Assembly (NCBI GenBank): GCA_036172245.1
Contig: JAYWIR010000083.1
Span: 124,001-188,000, forward strand
From: Raillietiella orientalis
Lineage: Eukaryota
Direction of reading: 5' to 3'
DNA: 64,000 bases
Numbering within the stretch: the stretch's first letter is position 1; each line of letters begins with the position of its first letter. Shown piece after piece: positions 1 through 12,183 of the stretch. Under the pieces are notes generated by a model. It ran no database searches, was not told the DNA's origin, and worked only from the letters and a program-made list of their open reading frames with translations. Position numbers and translations under genes: made by a program.

Positions 1-100
1 ATTCCATTATAATTTACAGACTGTTCTAACGTTTTCTTTTATTATTATTGATAATAATAATAAATTCCTAGGTATTAAAATCTGGAGATTTTTTTCTTTT
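1..100. other. AT-rich island, truncated by window start
   Basis: ATT/AAT runs and T tracts, switching abruptly to GC-rich sequence at ~100-110. Confidence 0.75.
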
Positions 101-724
101 GGAAAATCTCGGGTTCTCGAAGGCCATCTAGCGTGAGTCCATTGACTTTTGTTGGCAACCCTGGCGATGTCGTCGCTAATGTTCTGACTTAGCACAGGCC
201 ATCGAAGGGCGCTCCGCAGAAGGAGAAAGGCCGAGTTCCAGCGATTTGGTTCTTGAAAGGATCATTCTGCGGAAAAAGTAGAGTGCTGCTATGGCCGCTG
301 ACTCGGGGGATCCGTTTTGCAAGGAGGACCGGCGGGTGACGTCTTTCGCGCTGTCAGTAGGTTGTGAGACGGCGTGGGCTCCGAGTGTCCTTCCCCTCTT
401 CGCACTCGCGAGCAGCCCAGTGGCAGGTGCGGCAGAGTCTCCTTCTCGTCGCAGCAGCTGCTGAGTGGGGACGCACGTGCGTGGTGCTTCCCGGAGTTGT
501 TATGGAAGTCCCATTCAAGAAGAGAAGGCTGTTGTTTTGCAGCTTCGACGGGAGCGCTGTGTCCAGACACGGAAGGGGTCCGAGGTGGGGTGAGATGGCA
601 GAGATTCCGTGGGGTTAGACCCAGCAGGCTGGTCCAGCGGTCCGGTCCTTTGGTCCAGTGCTTTGGAGTCGCCATGGAAAGGACTCGATTCCCACTGACT
701 TTCCACGCTGTCTCCTGCTCACCA

Positions 725-1310
725 TCATGTCTTTCTTGGAGGTGGTTCCAGAATGTTGCCCAGGTGGGGCCATCTCGTGGAAGTTCTCAAGAAAATTCCC
801 GACCAGCGGGTGGCTTCCCTTCCATTCTGACCCTTTCTTGCGGCCCGCCATTCCGCGAAAACTACAGAGAACTGCAAGGCACGCGGCTGGCGGCGGTGCG
901 GCACGCACACGAGGAGTCGTTTCAAAATGTCCCCGGGATTCCAAGGATCCTCGCTAGGCGATCCCCAAGAGGTCGGAAAGCAGCTCTGCCTAGAGGCAGG
1001 TGCCCTACCCCGGGTCCACTGATGAGGGCGCGCTTTGAACGGGATTCTCCAACGCAAGACCACATCCTGCCCTACTTGGGGAGAAAGGTGCCACTGTGCC
1101 AGCATGCCGGGAGACTTCAGGATGGCGAGCAGCTCGCCCCAGCGTGGAAGTCCTTGGGGTGGGGACAGTCGGGGTCGCAGCGTCCGTCAACTGCCGAGCT
1201 GGAGGGGTTGTCGGTCGGAGAAGCCTTAGCGAGGATTTCGCAGCGCCACGAAACCTCCCGAGGTGGCTCCTGTCGTAAAGTGAAAAAGGGGACCGACCGC
1301 CGCTGAGGCT
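725..1310 (-). mobile_element. Decayed LINE ORF2 C-terminal fragment (family A, divergent copy)
   Basis: ORF 725..1105(-) reads LRWRIPFKARPHQWTRG...DPWNPGDILKRLL...FLRTSTRWPHLG, matching the family consensus LHWxLPCNxRxxHW...DNPRDVxKRLF...RWPHL seen in other copies. Confidence 0.65.
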
Positions 1311-2466
1311 TGCTCCTTCCCCGTGATGTCATCTTCCACGCTTCCATCCGCCGTCCCCGGTTGCCGTGTCCACGCCGAGAAGCTCGTCCTTTGATGCACG
1401 GCCTCTTGGGGCTGGAAGAAGCGCCAACGGCACCCGAAATGGGCGATGCCATCCCCCCCCCCACACACACATGCACACACAGCGGACAGCAACCCACTTA
1501 TGCTGGAAGGAACGCTGCCGTGCAGTCGCCCCCAGCAGCGACGCCATGCCTTCCTGGCGGGAGTTCCGACCGGAAGAGACCGGCGCTGACGTAGGGCGCT
1601 GCTGTCCACCGGCGGAGGGGATTCGTTCCACTTCATTCGGACTAGGGAAGCATCACGTCACAGGTCACGTGACTCGAGATGGCTCGCCAGCTCGGGCCAG
1701 CCGTCGGATGTGGAGGGACGCTCCCGGAGGAGAGAAGAGCGCAGCAGCTGCGCCGTCGCCCGCTGAGCGGTCCTCGAGGTATCTGCCCGAGGCGCCGCCG
1801 CTCTCGACTCCCTCAGGCGCCTGGGGAAAATCGGGGGAAGCCCTCAGCCCTTTTCCGTCTCCCGTGCTCGGAGTCAATCTTCCCGGTTGCTTCGGGGGTT
1901 GCGTCGAGGGAGCGCAGTCCCACAAGCGTCACGTGCTTTTGCGGGTGCAAGACGCCTGCTCCTTCGCCCGCCGGCCTCATCCCGAAGGGACTGGAGGGGC
2001 GATCCTGGCTGAGTCCAGCTCCCGTCACCTCTTCACCCGATCGGGTCTTCCGGCTGCAGGGAGGAACCTCGCCAGCCGAGGATCTGCTGCATCCGGGCAG
2101 CGTCTTTCCTCTTCTGCTCCTCCCTCCTCCTCCCTCTTCCCCCACGCCCTTCCAGACGGAGAGAGGTGGCTCAGGATGTTCCCTACTGATCCCGAATACA
2201 TGCTCTCACGCACCCGACTCCTGGAAGCTCCCTACTGATCCCAAGAATCTGTCTCTAGGACGTGGGGAAGTGCGGGGATTCACCCTAGAGCTGCCTGCTT
2301 CCATTCCCAGTTCAGTCTGAGGCGGAGGAGAGCAAGCAGCTCAGCCCACGGGCAGGTGACGGGGCCAACCAGGTGGAGTGGTAGTTAGGGAAGGACCGAT
2401 CTCTGGGAAAAGGAAGCCGAAAAAACGCCCCCCCTTCCCCCTCCCTTTCCCACGGCATCCAATTGC

Positions 2467-3030
2467 GTGATCCTGCTCCTCCCCTGTCCTCCCCCCTCGC
2501 TGGAAGGAACACCTGTTCTTCCTCCGGGAGCGAGCATCGTCACGGCTCCAGCACGGCCGCGTCGTAGACCGAAAAATGCTCGCTCGCCTCCCGCGCGCGT
2601 CGTCGTCGTCATCGTCAGACATTCAAGCGTTCCTCCCGTCCTTCCCCCGCGCTCCGTTCCTCCATTCCCCTCGGCGGATGCCCAGGTCGCAACCGCTGCT
2701 CCTGGATCCTCACGGATCATTAATCTTCGGAGCCTCTACATGGAGGAGCCACTTCTCTTCCTTCTCCCGCTTGCGAGACGTCGTGGCTGCTTCCGGGATT
2801 CCCGAGCGCTCCATCATAACAGGGGAAGCGCGTCTCCTCCTCCTCCCTTCCTCTTTCTCCGTTCCTCTTCCTCCCTCACTCCTCCGGGAGAGTGTCCAAT
2901 CTTGAGTTCCAGCCGAGCCGACCGAGGATGGAGGCTTTCCAGCCCCCCCCCCCCCCCGATGCGGCGAAGACGGCGACCGATCTCGGGGAAGAGAAAGAAG
3001 AAAAACAAAGGGGGAGGGGGAGAGACCAGG
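2467..3030. repeat. Low-complexity CT-rich tract with poly-C run and purine-rich tail
   Basis: Repeated cctc/ttcc words, (gtc)n at ~2599-2616, long C run at 2943-2957. Confidence 0.6.
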
Positions 3031-3149
3031 CGATGAGAATTCCGGGATTTTTGGGAAAACGATGAATCATCCCTGGAGAATTCGTTCGAGCGCCGTCGGT
3101 ATTCAGAGGGTCCTATCTCCCAGCAACGGTTGGTTTCGCTTCCGTAACG

Positions 3150-5663
3150 ACGCCTCGCATTGTGCGCGGGGCACTCCGGTCTGTGATCCTACGGGAAATG
3201 AATGGGAACGCATCCTGTGGCCGGAAAGACTGCTCGAGATCTACGAGAACATCGAAAGTCACTCCTTTTTTTTTTTTTTTTCGTTTCCACGTAGGTCGAT
3301 CCTTTCGGAAAGGATTCGCAGTCTCATCCCGTTTCCGTGACGTCCCCGGGAAGACTTAGGAGAGTTCCCGGAATGAAATTTGCCTCGACACATTGGCATT
3401 CCGTCACCCGGGAGGACGAGCCGTTGTTTCTCTCGAAGGGCTACCCGGGAGATTGGGAGGATGACTGCGTCTACCGGGACACCTCCGGAAGTACTGGGCG
3501 CTCTCTCGCTCGCCCTTCACCGGAACAGCGACCCCCCTCACTGAGGACGCGCGTCCTCTCAGCTGCCCGGGAAGGGGGAGGAGGCGCAGCAGTCCCGGAG
3601 GATGGCGGGACCGGGACCGGGACTCCTCTCTCTTCCCCGACCACTCCCCTTTCCCGCCGCCGGTCCGCAAGGGAGAACGCGTGAACGTCCCGCTCGCCGA
3701 CGAGGTTGCGACGGTCAGCGCTGCGTCCGAGGCGGCTCGCCTCGGGCCTGGAATCTCATGCCACATCCCTTATCTCCTCTAGCCCGACTCCTCGAAGGCT
3801 CTTCCCGTCGGAGGTTCGTTACCTTCGGACATCCGAATGCTCGCCCTTCCCGGAGACGGCGGCGCCTCCGGGACCCGTGGCTCATTCCAGAGGCGGGTTC
3901 GCTCCTCTCACAGCGCCGGTCCTCCTCCTCGGAAAAGCACAGTCACGCGCATGCGCTGGCAGGCGCCACGTCAATCATCGATCTACTCGTTAGTCTCCAG
4001 CAGTTACACGTCCGGGATCGTGCCTGAGGATGATCGCTGCCTCGCTCGAGCCTCCTTGCCGCGATGCAGCTGGGCGCCTAGGCGACTGTTGTGCCGCTGG
4101 CTATCCAGACCCTTCTCGTGATCCCTTTCTGGCTGCATCTCGCACGCGCGAGGCGACCCGAAAGAAGGCTAGTGTGGAGCCGCGACCCGGGGTCGCCCCT
4201 TCGAACGGGCGCCTGCTCTGCGCGGCTCCACCCGTGGGATCTCCATCCTCCATCCTCTGCCCCCATGAATCTGTCCACGAGTTTGAAGAAGAAAGGAGGT
4301 CCCGGAGAAACGTCGCGAGAGACGGGAAGTTCCGCGTGGCTAGCGAAGCTTCGGGCAACCGGCAGCAGGTGCCTCTCGGTGCGCTCGCTCGCGAGCAGTC
4401 TCCTTGCAGCGGCTGCCGTCTGCCGGGCGGAGAGCGCCGTCAGCCCCACGCGTTCGCCCGCGGTTCCTTGAGGTCCTCGAGAAATGACTGGTCCCATATC
4501 CTAGGGAGAGCGCCTTCCTTCGCGGCCAAGCGGCTCCGCGGGGCGGGCAATCACGGCAGCGCGTGACACCCATGCCGCCCCCGATGGAGCTAAGTCGCCG
4601 TTCTAAGCGCGTTCATTTCTCGCCCAGGCTGCCCCTCTGGGGTGGTCTCTGCGTCCAGAGAGCTCCGGACACATGCTCGCACGGTGCCGCCACCACCACC
4701 ACCAGCAGCGACGTGTGGTCCTTCGGCGCTCCGGCTGTACACGGCAACCTGGCAGACGGCCAGGTTGCCGTGTACAGCTGCAATTAATAGGCGCCCAGCT
4801 GCAATTCATACCTAGTTTGGTGCCTCTCCGACAGCACCTGGGAGGAGACCGCGTTCCAGGGTTCCGCCCCGGTAAGGTCAGGCCCTCCCTCGTGACTGGG
4901 AAGAGGAACCTCCTTTCCTCCCTTCCTTCCCCTCCTGTCCACAGTTTTCCGAGATCTTCAATTCCTGAGGCGGCAGCACTGCAAGGCCCTCTCCCTGAAA
5001 TGGCAGGAGTCAGCACTTCTGCTGTTGCACTGGGGTCTCCCGTGCAACATCAGCCGGTCTCACTGGAACCGGGAGGCTCTGGACCTCAACTGTTGCAGGT
5101 GCGGAGAGAGTGAATCCCTCCCGCACCTGCTGTGATGCCCTCCGACCCCTGTGGTCGCGTTACGCAACGGTCCTAGGTGCAGCAACGGACAATCCCAGGG
5201 TCGTGATGAAGCGCCTCTTCGTCAGGTATGCCCTTTCGCCTGCAGCATTCCTGGAAGCTCTTCGCTGCCTGAGTGGGATCGCAGCAGCCTGGAGCTACGC
5301 TAGAGGAGGATGGCACGACAAGGACTCCATGTGCTTCGCCCTGCGCTTCTCGCGGACGGCAGCAAGATGGCCTCACCTGGCACTGCTTGGATGGAATTTG
5401 TCTGCATGCTGGAAAGGATACAGTGAACGTCCCCCAGAATCTGGAGATACCTTACCAAACTTTCCCAATTTTTTGTATATATCTTTTAAATTTATTTCTG
5501 TTTGCACCTTCCCCCTCTAGCTGCCGAGGCGAACATCGACGACCTGCTTGCCGGTCACTCAGCAGGTTCTCAACATTCTCGAACGATGGCGGGCCGATGG
5601 CCCAACACATATGTTTATTATTTTTTTATAATAAAGGTACAGGTTTTCCCGGGTGTTAGACCC
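3150..5663 (+). mobile_element. Decayed L1/Tx1-like LINE (family A): RT remnant, zf-RVT, 3' UTR and terminus
   Basis: Collinear degenerate motifs across frames: KGYPGDWEDDCVYRDTS (~K..GD...YRPIS, ~3435-3486); SGNRQQVPLGAL (~GxRQGxPLS, ~4350); HAFAR (~F/YADD, ~4450); ALLLLHWGLPCNISRSHWNREALDLNCCRCGESESLPHLL (5013-5132, zf-RVT-like); RWPHL; T-rich UTR; AATAAA at 5630. Confidence 0.75.
4734..4778. repeat. Hairpin: perfect 20-bp inverted arms, 5-nt loop
   Basis: gctgtacacggcaacctggc-agacg-gccaggttgccgtgtacagc. Confidence 0.97.
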
Positions 5664-6277
5664 AATCAGAAGAGCGGATAATTCACTCTTCGACCTGAGA
5701 ACGACTCGGGAACGCCTGAGGAGAGTCTGCACGGCCTTGGCCGCAGACTCGCATCCCTCGCGCAGAGGGTTCCCCGTCCGACACGTGTTGCAGTGCGCGA
5801 ACACTTCCAGGCGGACGCATGCAACCTTTTCCTGGCGATTCCCAGGTGCAAGTGGGTGGAACTGCACTCGTGCTCGTTCCGCCGAAGAGATTGCACACCA
5901 GGGTGTTCGCATGCATCCAGCAGAAATAAGGAAAAAAACATCAAAAACAGCCCTTTTCCACGTGTCTCCAGAAAGTTCGCAAACGCAAGGAGACCACTCT
6001 AAGGGAAAGCACCACCAGCAGGAGTATAAATTTCTCGTGGAATCAAATATTCAGACGGGTTGCAGCGCGCTACACTGGAGCTGCCCACCATTAGCGGCGT
6101 TCCCTCCAGCGCAGAACTAGAATCAATAAATGGAGCTGAAGGACTAACAGTCGGTGAGAGGAAGCAGCAGCTGAAGTACCTACCCTCACGGAGAAACTCA
6201 CGCGCAAGAATGAACTCTTTGGATCAGTCGCGGCCACGACATCTACCACCGCGCAGCTGCCGCTGCGCCACAGAAAT

Positions 6278-8391
6278 TCTTTCGCTCGCCGCCCGTTCCC
6301 GCGTCCGGACGCGGGAAGGGAACGGCGTGTGGGAACCGGAAACATTCCTTCCTCGACAGGATCCGCTTACCGCCGAGTCCCGGCGGGACAAGAAAGTGTT
6401 CCCATGCGGCAGAGCGTCGGCAAACTTCTTCTCCCTTCCATGCATTCTCGTTCCCCCCCCCTCTCTCTCTCTCTCTCCTCTACCTCGCGGCCACCGCGAT
6501 CGCCTTCGGCAACGGAACGCAGCAGCGGGGCAGCGGTCCACGTGCGACGGCGCTGCCCCCAGAGGAGCAGAAACCGTCGTCTGCGCGCACCTCCCACTCC
6601 ATTTACGAATGCGCATCGCCTTCGACGGACCGCCCGTTATCGGTCATCCCTTCCGGTAGCTCCGCAAAGCGTCCATCCCTGCAGCGACCCGCAACCGCGC
6701 ACCTTAAGCCCCCCGGTTCGTGCGCACCGGCGACCTCCGGAGGTTCGTCTCTCCCGGGGTGCCTTCAGCTCCCGTCGAGGGAGCACGCGACGCGGCTGCT
6801 GGCGCCCGCCGCACGCCTCCAGTCGAGTAATCGGCACCCTTCCCTCCACGTTCCCGTAATCCATCGGCCGCAGAGATGATGATGTCTCGGCAGGAACGCT
6901 CAGGACTCGCGCACTCCCCTGGCGCGGCCCCAGCGGACTGACAAACGACCTTGGGCGCAGCTCGCGCCTCTTCTTGCAGCGCGCTTTCGCGTCGGCGCCG
7001 TCTCTTCGGGCGGAGCGCCCAGTCCTTGCAGCGCGGCGGGGAGACGAGGCCTTCCCGGTCCGACGTCGTCCGCTTCCGCGCTTCTCTCGCTGCAGGTCGC
7101 CTTGCTCTCGGCCGCGTCCTCTGCCAACGGGCATCGCGCTCGGGGCGCGGCAGCCGCTCTTCTCCCGTCCGCTGCTCGTCTCGCCCGCAAACGAGCGGCG
7201 GGAGTCCTCTGCTGCTCCGGCAGCCCCTCGTCCCGCTGGCTCCTCGGCGGTGCACGCGGGAAGCTGCTGCTGCGGGCGGAGGCGCTTCGTCCGACGGCCG
7301 GACTGCGTCCGGCTGCAGGCTCCGCAGCGGTGGTGCTTTCCCCGGAGCCTCGAAAGCGCCACCGCCGGCGGAGCGCGCACGACGCCTGCTCCCCCCCTTC
7401 GTCGCCCCACCGCGTTTCGCCGTGGCGAAGGCCGCTGGAGGCGTGGGGACCGCCACGCGGGTTCTTCCATGGAAACGGCACGACGAAAGAGGACGGACGG
7501 AGGTACTTGCGAACTCATCGGCACCGCGAAGAAGCCGGCACGGACTTTTGCGTCGCACAACCTCGGAGGAGGGAGTCGGCGCCCGTCCATCGGGGAAGTC
7601 TTGGAAACGGCAGCGAGTCACTTCGGCCGGCCGGATTGCCTGAATCCAGCCGATGCCCAAGGATGGACTGACCGCATTTCGAGATTTCCATCCACACGAT
7701 GTCTGCACGCACAGCGCGTGCTTCGTAAAGTTGCCCGCGCTGCTGGTGGCCCTTCGGCAGCTCCTTGGTCGGTATCGGTCTACGGGGCGCTTCGTCCACT
7801 GGCTGAGATGCGAGCGGGTCAAGGAACCGGAGGTTTCCTTCGCTGCCAAGCGGATTGCGCCTTCGGAAGCGGCACAGGTCAGGTGCTGCCGACCTCGGAC
7901 CAGGGTTTGCACCCGTGCACAGGGGCCTCGGCGTGACCTCACGGGGAAGGAGGCAGCACCGATCGGATTCGGCAGAAATCCGTCTTCATTTTCCCCTTTC
8001 CTACAGGAGCCACCACGGGCGGCTTCGTGGCGCTGTGGCCTCCGCAGTCCTCAGTCCCTCGTTCCTCCGTCGGGGATCCCAGTCCATCATCAGGTTGCGT
8101 CCTTGGCAGTCCAGGCTGTTTTGAAAATGACTGCCTAGAGCGATCGCAGGGCGCTTATGGTGAATCCTTACGGTGGCGCATGCCGAGACAGGCGATCCTC
8201 GAAGCGGGTGGTGCGTGGAGAAAACAGGCGGACGCATGGGGAACAAGAAGAGCGTCGGGAGGGAAACTGAGCGTCTGCCGATGGGAGCATCCGCGCCGAG
8301 CAACGGCTTCCTTGGTGGCAGCGTAGAGAAGGACGCTCGGTTGCCCAATGCCAGCAGGACACATCACAAGAGGAGGCTGCAAAGCGGGAAG
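6278..8391 (+). repeat. Left arm of 2,114-bp inverted repeat
   Basis: Mirror ORFs are identical in all frames, with coordinate sum 18461 (e.g. 6704..7942 vs 10519..11757). Both ends were checked base by base. Homopolymer and (CT)n lengths match. Confidence 0.97.
6296..6317. repeat. Perfect 22-bp palindrome near outer end of IR arm (mirror copy 12144-12165)
   Basis: ttcccgcgtcc|ggacgcgggaa. Confidence 0.95.
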
Positions 8392-8790
8392 AAGACCACT
8401 GCCTCGACGTTCACATTGGGCCTGACTACGAAGAACGACCTCCAAAGGCTGCTTATTGCTTGGACCGAAGGAGTGGGGGGAGAAATCTGAGGACGCAGAC
8501 AGCCGGCGAACTATAGGCCAGTGTTTATATCCGTATACGTAACCTTGGTCGCTCCAATGACCGGTCGTGGGACGGGTGCCGCAGCGCGGAGCAGCCTGGA
8601 GCGCGACCACAGTCTCATCCTGTTGGCTTTTAGGAGAACGGAGACCATGGAAACGAACACGTTTCTGATGTGTTGCTCTATCAGTATTTGAAAGGGACAA
8701 ATGCTGGACAGGCAACTCGGAATTATCTCAGCAAGATTCCTCAGGAAGGTCTGAGACTAGATTGTGAAGGAACTGCAGATGTTTGCATCC
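8260..8790 (+). pseudogene. LINE RT N-terminal remnant running from left IR arm into the spacer
   Basis: ERLPMGASAPSNGF (~LP.gKAPGPDG), RRQPANYRPVFIS at 8494-8532 (~NYRPISL), LAFRRT (~QxGFR), IISARFLRKV*D (~DxxKAFD), in the expected order. Confidence 0.55.
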
Positions 8791-10069
8791 AATCTCATCT
8801 GTACTCGAGTTGAACAGCCCTTGCACGAGACCAAGCCAGCACCGAGGTGATTGCAGCTGGCATCTCAGACAAGATGACATGGGAAATCCTATCATCCCCT
8901 GAGATCGCCTAGATATCTTCCATCTCTGAAGCATATATCTTCTAACCAGGAGGATAAGTGAGCGACCGAAATAACGAATCCAATGGAATGCGATGTATTC
9001 GTGCCATGAACTTACACTCAAGGAAAACCAGAGAAGATTCGGTATTTCTCGACCATCTTGGGAGTTTGTCAATCCTGTTTTCACGTCTTCTTCAATGAAA
9101 CCGGTGATGAATCTACGGAGATCAAAAGAAGAGAGAGAGAGAGAGATAACTGAGAAAGAGAGAGAGGAGAGATCTCGATGCACTGCGAATACTATGTGAG
9201 CAACTCTACCGGAATAACAAGCGGTGTTTGTGGATTTCGCTAACACACGGAAGGAAATTCACAGAATCCGTTCCTCGTCGAGCAATAAACAAAATGAATG
9301 GCCGCTTTCAGTTTCAAGCAGCGAAATTATGGGCTGAGCGACTACTATTACTACAACGCGCTCGGATTAGTCGCTTCGGATCAGGTTCAGCAAACATTTA
9401 CCATTATCTCTTAGAGGTACCCGTTTCCATAGAAACACGCTCCACAATATACGAAGTTCAGCGCGAAAGAAGGGGATGTTTTCACTTCCAGAATCAAGTT
9501 CTCCCTTTTGTCTTCAGAGCCACTTTGCTGACTTTGATTTTCCTCGATACGGGAACTTTCTGCTGTCCCGCATTTAGAAAACAGATGGAGAAGAATGCGT
9601 CAGTCGGGACGGCAGGGCCTTGCGTTTCTTCTCTTTGAAAAGAATTCAAAGCCAGCTAGACGAAAAAGGAAAAAAACAGCGGGTTTTCTCCTCGATAAGA
9701 AGGAATTTTTCAAAGGGGTCATGGAGGGAGCTCCCAGCACATTAAGCGGCTTCGATGGATTTCGGAAGGGGAATCCGAAGAAGCCGAAGAATCCATCTCA
9801 CTTTCCTCAGTGGAGGCAGTAACCAGGATACCAGCCTCCAATTAAAAGAGGCCACCTCCTTCAGAAAGCCTGGTGGAATCCAAGAAGCATTCTCCACTTA
9901 TTTTTTCAGTAATTATCCATGCCATAGATGTTCCAGCGGGTACTAAAGATGCAACAGACCGCGTAATTTTGAAGGGGAGGGGCAAGAAACAATCTCCGCA
10001 TCTCTAAAACCTTTCGCTCTATGCGCAGGGAAACAGGACATTGCAGTCCACGCGACTGGACATCGACTG

Positions 10070-12183
10070 CTTCCCGCTTTGCAGCCTCCTCTTGTGATGT
10101 GTCCTGCTGGCATTGGGCAACCGAGCGTCCTTCTCTACGCTGCCACCAAGGAAGCCGTTGCTCGGCGCGGATGCTCCCATCGGCAGACGCTCAGTTTCCC
10201 TCCCGACGCTCTTCTTGTTCCCCATGCGTCCGCCTGTTTTCTCCACGCACCACCCGCTTCGAGGATCGCCTGTCTCGGCATGCGCCACCGTAAGGATTCA
10301 CCATAAGCGCCCTGCGATCGCTCTAGGCAGTCATTTTCAAAACAGCCTGGACTGCCAAGGACGCAACCTGATGATGGACTGGGATCCCCGACGGAGGAAC
10401 GAGGGACTGAGGACTGCGGAGGCCACAGCGCCACGAAGCCGCCCGTGGTGGCTCCTGTAGGAAAGGGGAAAATGAAGACGGATTTCTGCCGAATCCGATC
10501 GGTGCTGCCTCCTTCCCCGTGAGGTCACGCCGAGGCCCCTGTGCACGGGTGCAAACCCTGGTCCGAGGTCGGCAGCACCTGACCTGTGCCGCTTCCGAAG
10601 GCGCAATCCGCTTGGCAGCGAAGGAAACCTCCGGTTCCTTGACCCGCTCGCATCTCAGCCAGTGGACGAAGCGCCCCGTAGACCGATACCGACCAAGGAG
10701 CTGCCGAAGGGCCACCAGCAGCGCGGGCAACTTTACGAAGCACGCGCTGTGCGTGCAGACATCGTGTGGATGGAAATCTCGAAATGCGGTCAGTCCATCC
10801 TTGGGCATCGGCTGGATTCAGGCAATCCGGCCGGCCGAAGTGACTCGCTGCCGTTTCCAAGACTTCCCCGATGGACGGGCGCCGACTCCCTCCTCCGAGG
10901 TTGTGCGACGCAAAAGTCCGTGCCGGCTTCTTCGCGGTGCCGATGAGTTCGCAAGTACCTCCGTCCGTCCTCTTTCGTCGTGCCGTTTCCATGGAAGAAC
11001 CCGCGTGGCGGTCCCCACGCCTCCAGCGGCCTTCGCCACGGCGAAACGCGGTGGGGCGACGAAGGGGGGGAGCAGGCGTCGTGCGCGCTCCGCCGGCGGT
11101 GGCGCTTTCGAGGCTCCGGGGAAAGCACCACCGCTGCGGAGCCTGCAGCCGGACGCAGTCCGGCCGTCGGACGAAGCGCCTCCGCCCGCAGCAGCAGCTT
11201 CCCGCGTGCACCGCCGAGGAGCCAGCGGGACGAGGGGCTGCCGGAGCAGCAGAGGACTCCCGCCGCTCGTTTGCGGGCGAGACGAGCAGCGGACGGGAGA
11301 AGAGCGGCTGCCGCGCCCCGAGCGCGATGCCCGTTGGCAGAGGACGCGGCCGAGAGCAAGGCGACCTGCAGCGAGAGAAGCGCGGAAGCGGACGACGTCG
11401 GACCGGGAAGGCCTCGTCTCCCCGCCGCGCTGCAAGGACTGGGCGCTCCGCCCGAAGAGACGGCGCCGACGCGAAAGCGCGCTGCAAGAAGAGGCGCGAG
11501 CTGCGCCCAAGGTCGTTTGTCAGTCCGCTGGGGCCGCGCCAGGGGAGTGCGCGAGTCCTGAGCGTTCCTGCCGAGACATCATCATCTCTGCGGCCGATGG
11601 ATTACGGGAACGTGGAGGGAAGGGTGCCGATTACTCGACTGGAGGCGTGCGGCGGGCGCCAGCAGCCGCGTCGCGTGCTCCCTCGACGGGAGCTGAAGGC
11701 ACCCCGGGAGAGACGAACCTCCGGAGGTCGCCGGTGCGCACGAACCGGGGGGCTTAAGGTGCGCGGTTGCGGGTCGCTGCAGGGATGGACGCTTTGCGGA
11801 GCTACCGGAAGGGATGACCGATAACGGGCGGTCCGTCGAAGGCGATGCGCATTCGTAAATGGAGTGGGAGGTGCGCGCAGACGACGGTTTCTGCTCCTCT
11901 GGGGGCAGCGCCGTCGCACGTGGACCGCTGCCCCGCTGCTGCGTTCCGTTGCCGAAGGCGATCGCGGTGGCCGCGAGGTAGAGGAGAGAGAGAGAGAGAG
12001 GGGGGGGGAACGAGAATGCATGGAAGGGAGAAGAAGTTTGCCGACGCTCTGCCGCATGGGAACACTTTCTTGTCCCGCCGGGACTCGGCGGTAAGCGGAT
12101 CCTGTCGAGGAAGGAATGTTTCCGGTTCCCACACGCCGTTCCCTTCCCGCGTCCGGACGCGGGAACGGGCGGCGAGCGAAAGA
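10070..12183 (-). repeat. Right arm of 2,114-bp inverted repeat
   Basis: Reverse complement of 6278-8391; spacer 8392-10069 (1,678 bp). Confidence 0.97.

Noticed and set aside
111..132. Terminal inverted repeat with ~52235-52256 delimiting a 52-kb element
   Set aside because: Only 13 of 22 positions match by eye and the sites are not at the exact boundaries; compatible with chance.
6637..7942. Long overlapping ORFs (412, 320, 317 aa) and their mirrors at 10519-11824
   Set aside because: R/A/P/G/S-rich, open in most frames at once, no recognisable domain; expected in GC-rich, TA-poor DNA.
6278..12183. TIR/foldback DNA transposon or composite transposon
   Set aside because: No transposase motif or target duplication seen, and an RT remnant crosses the arm/spacer boundary.
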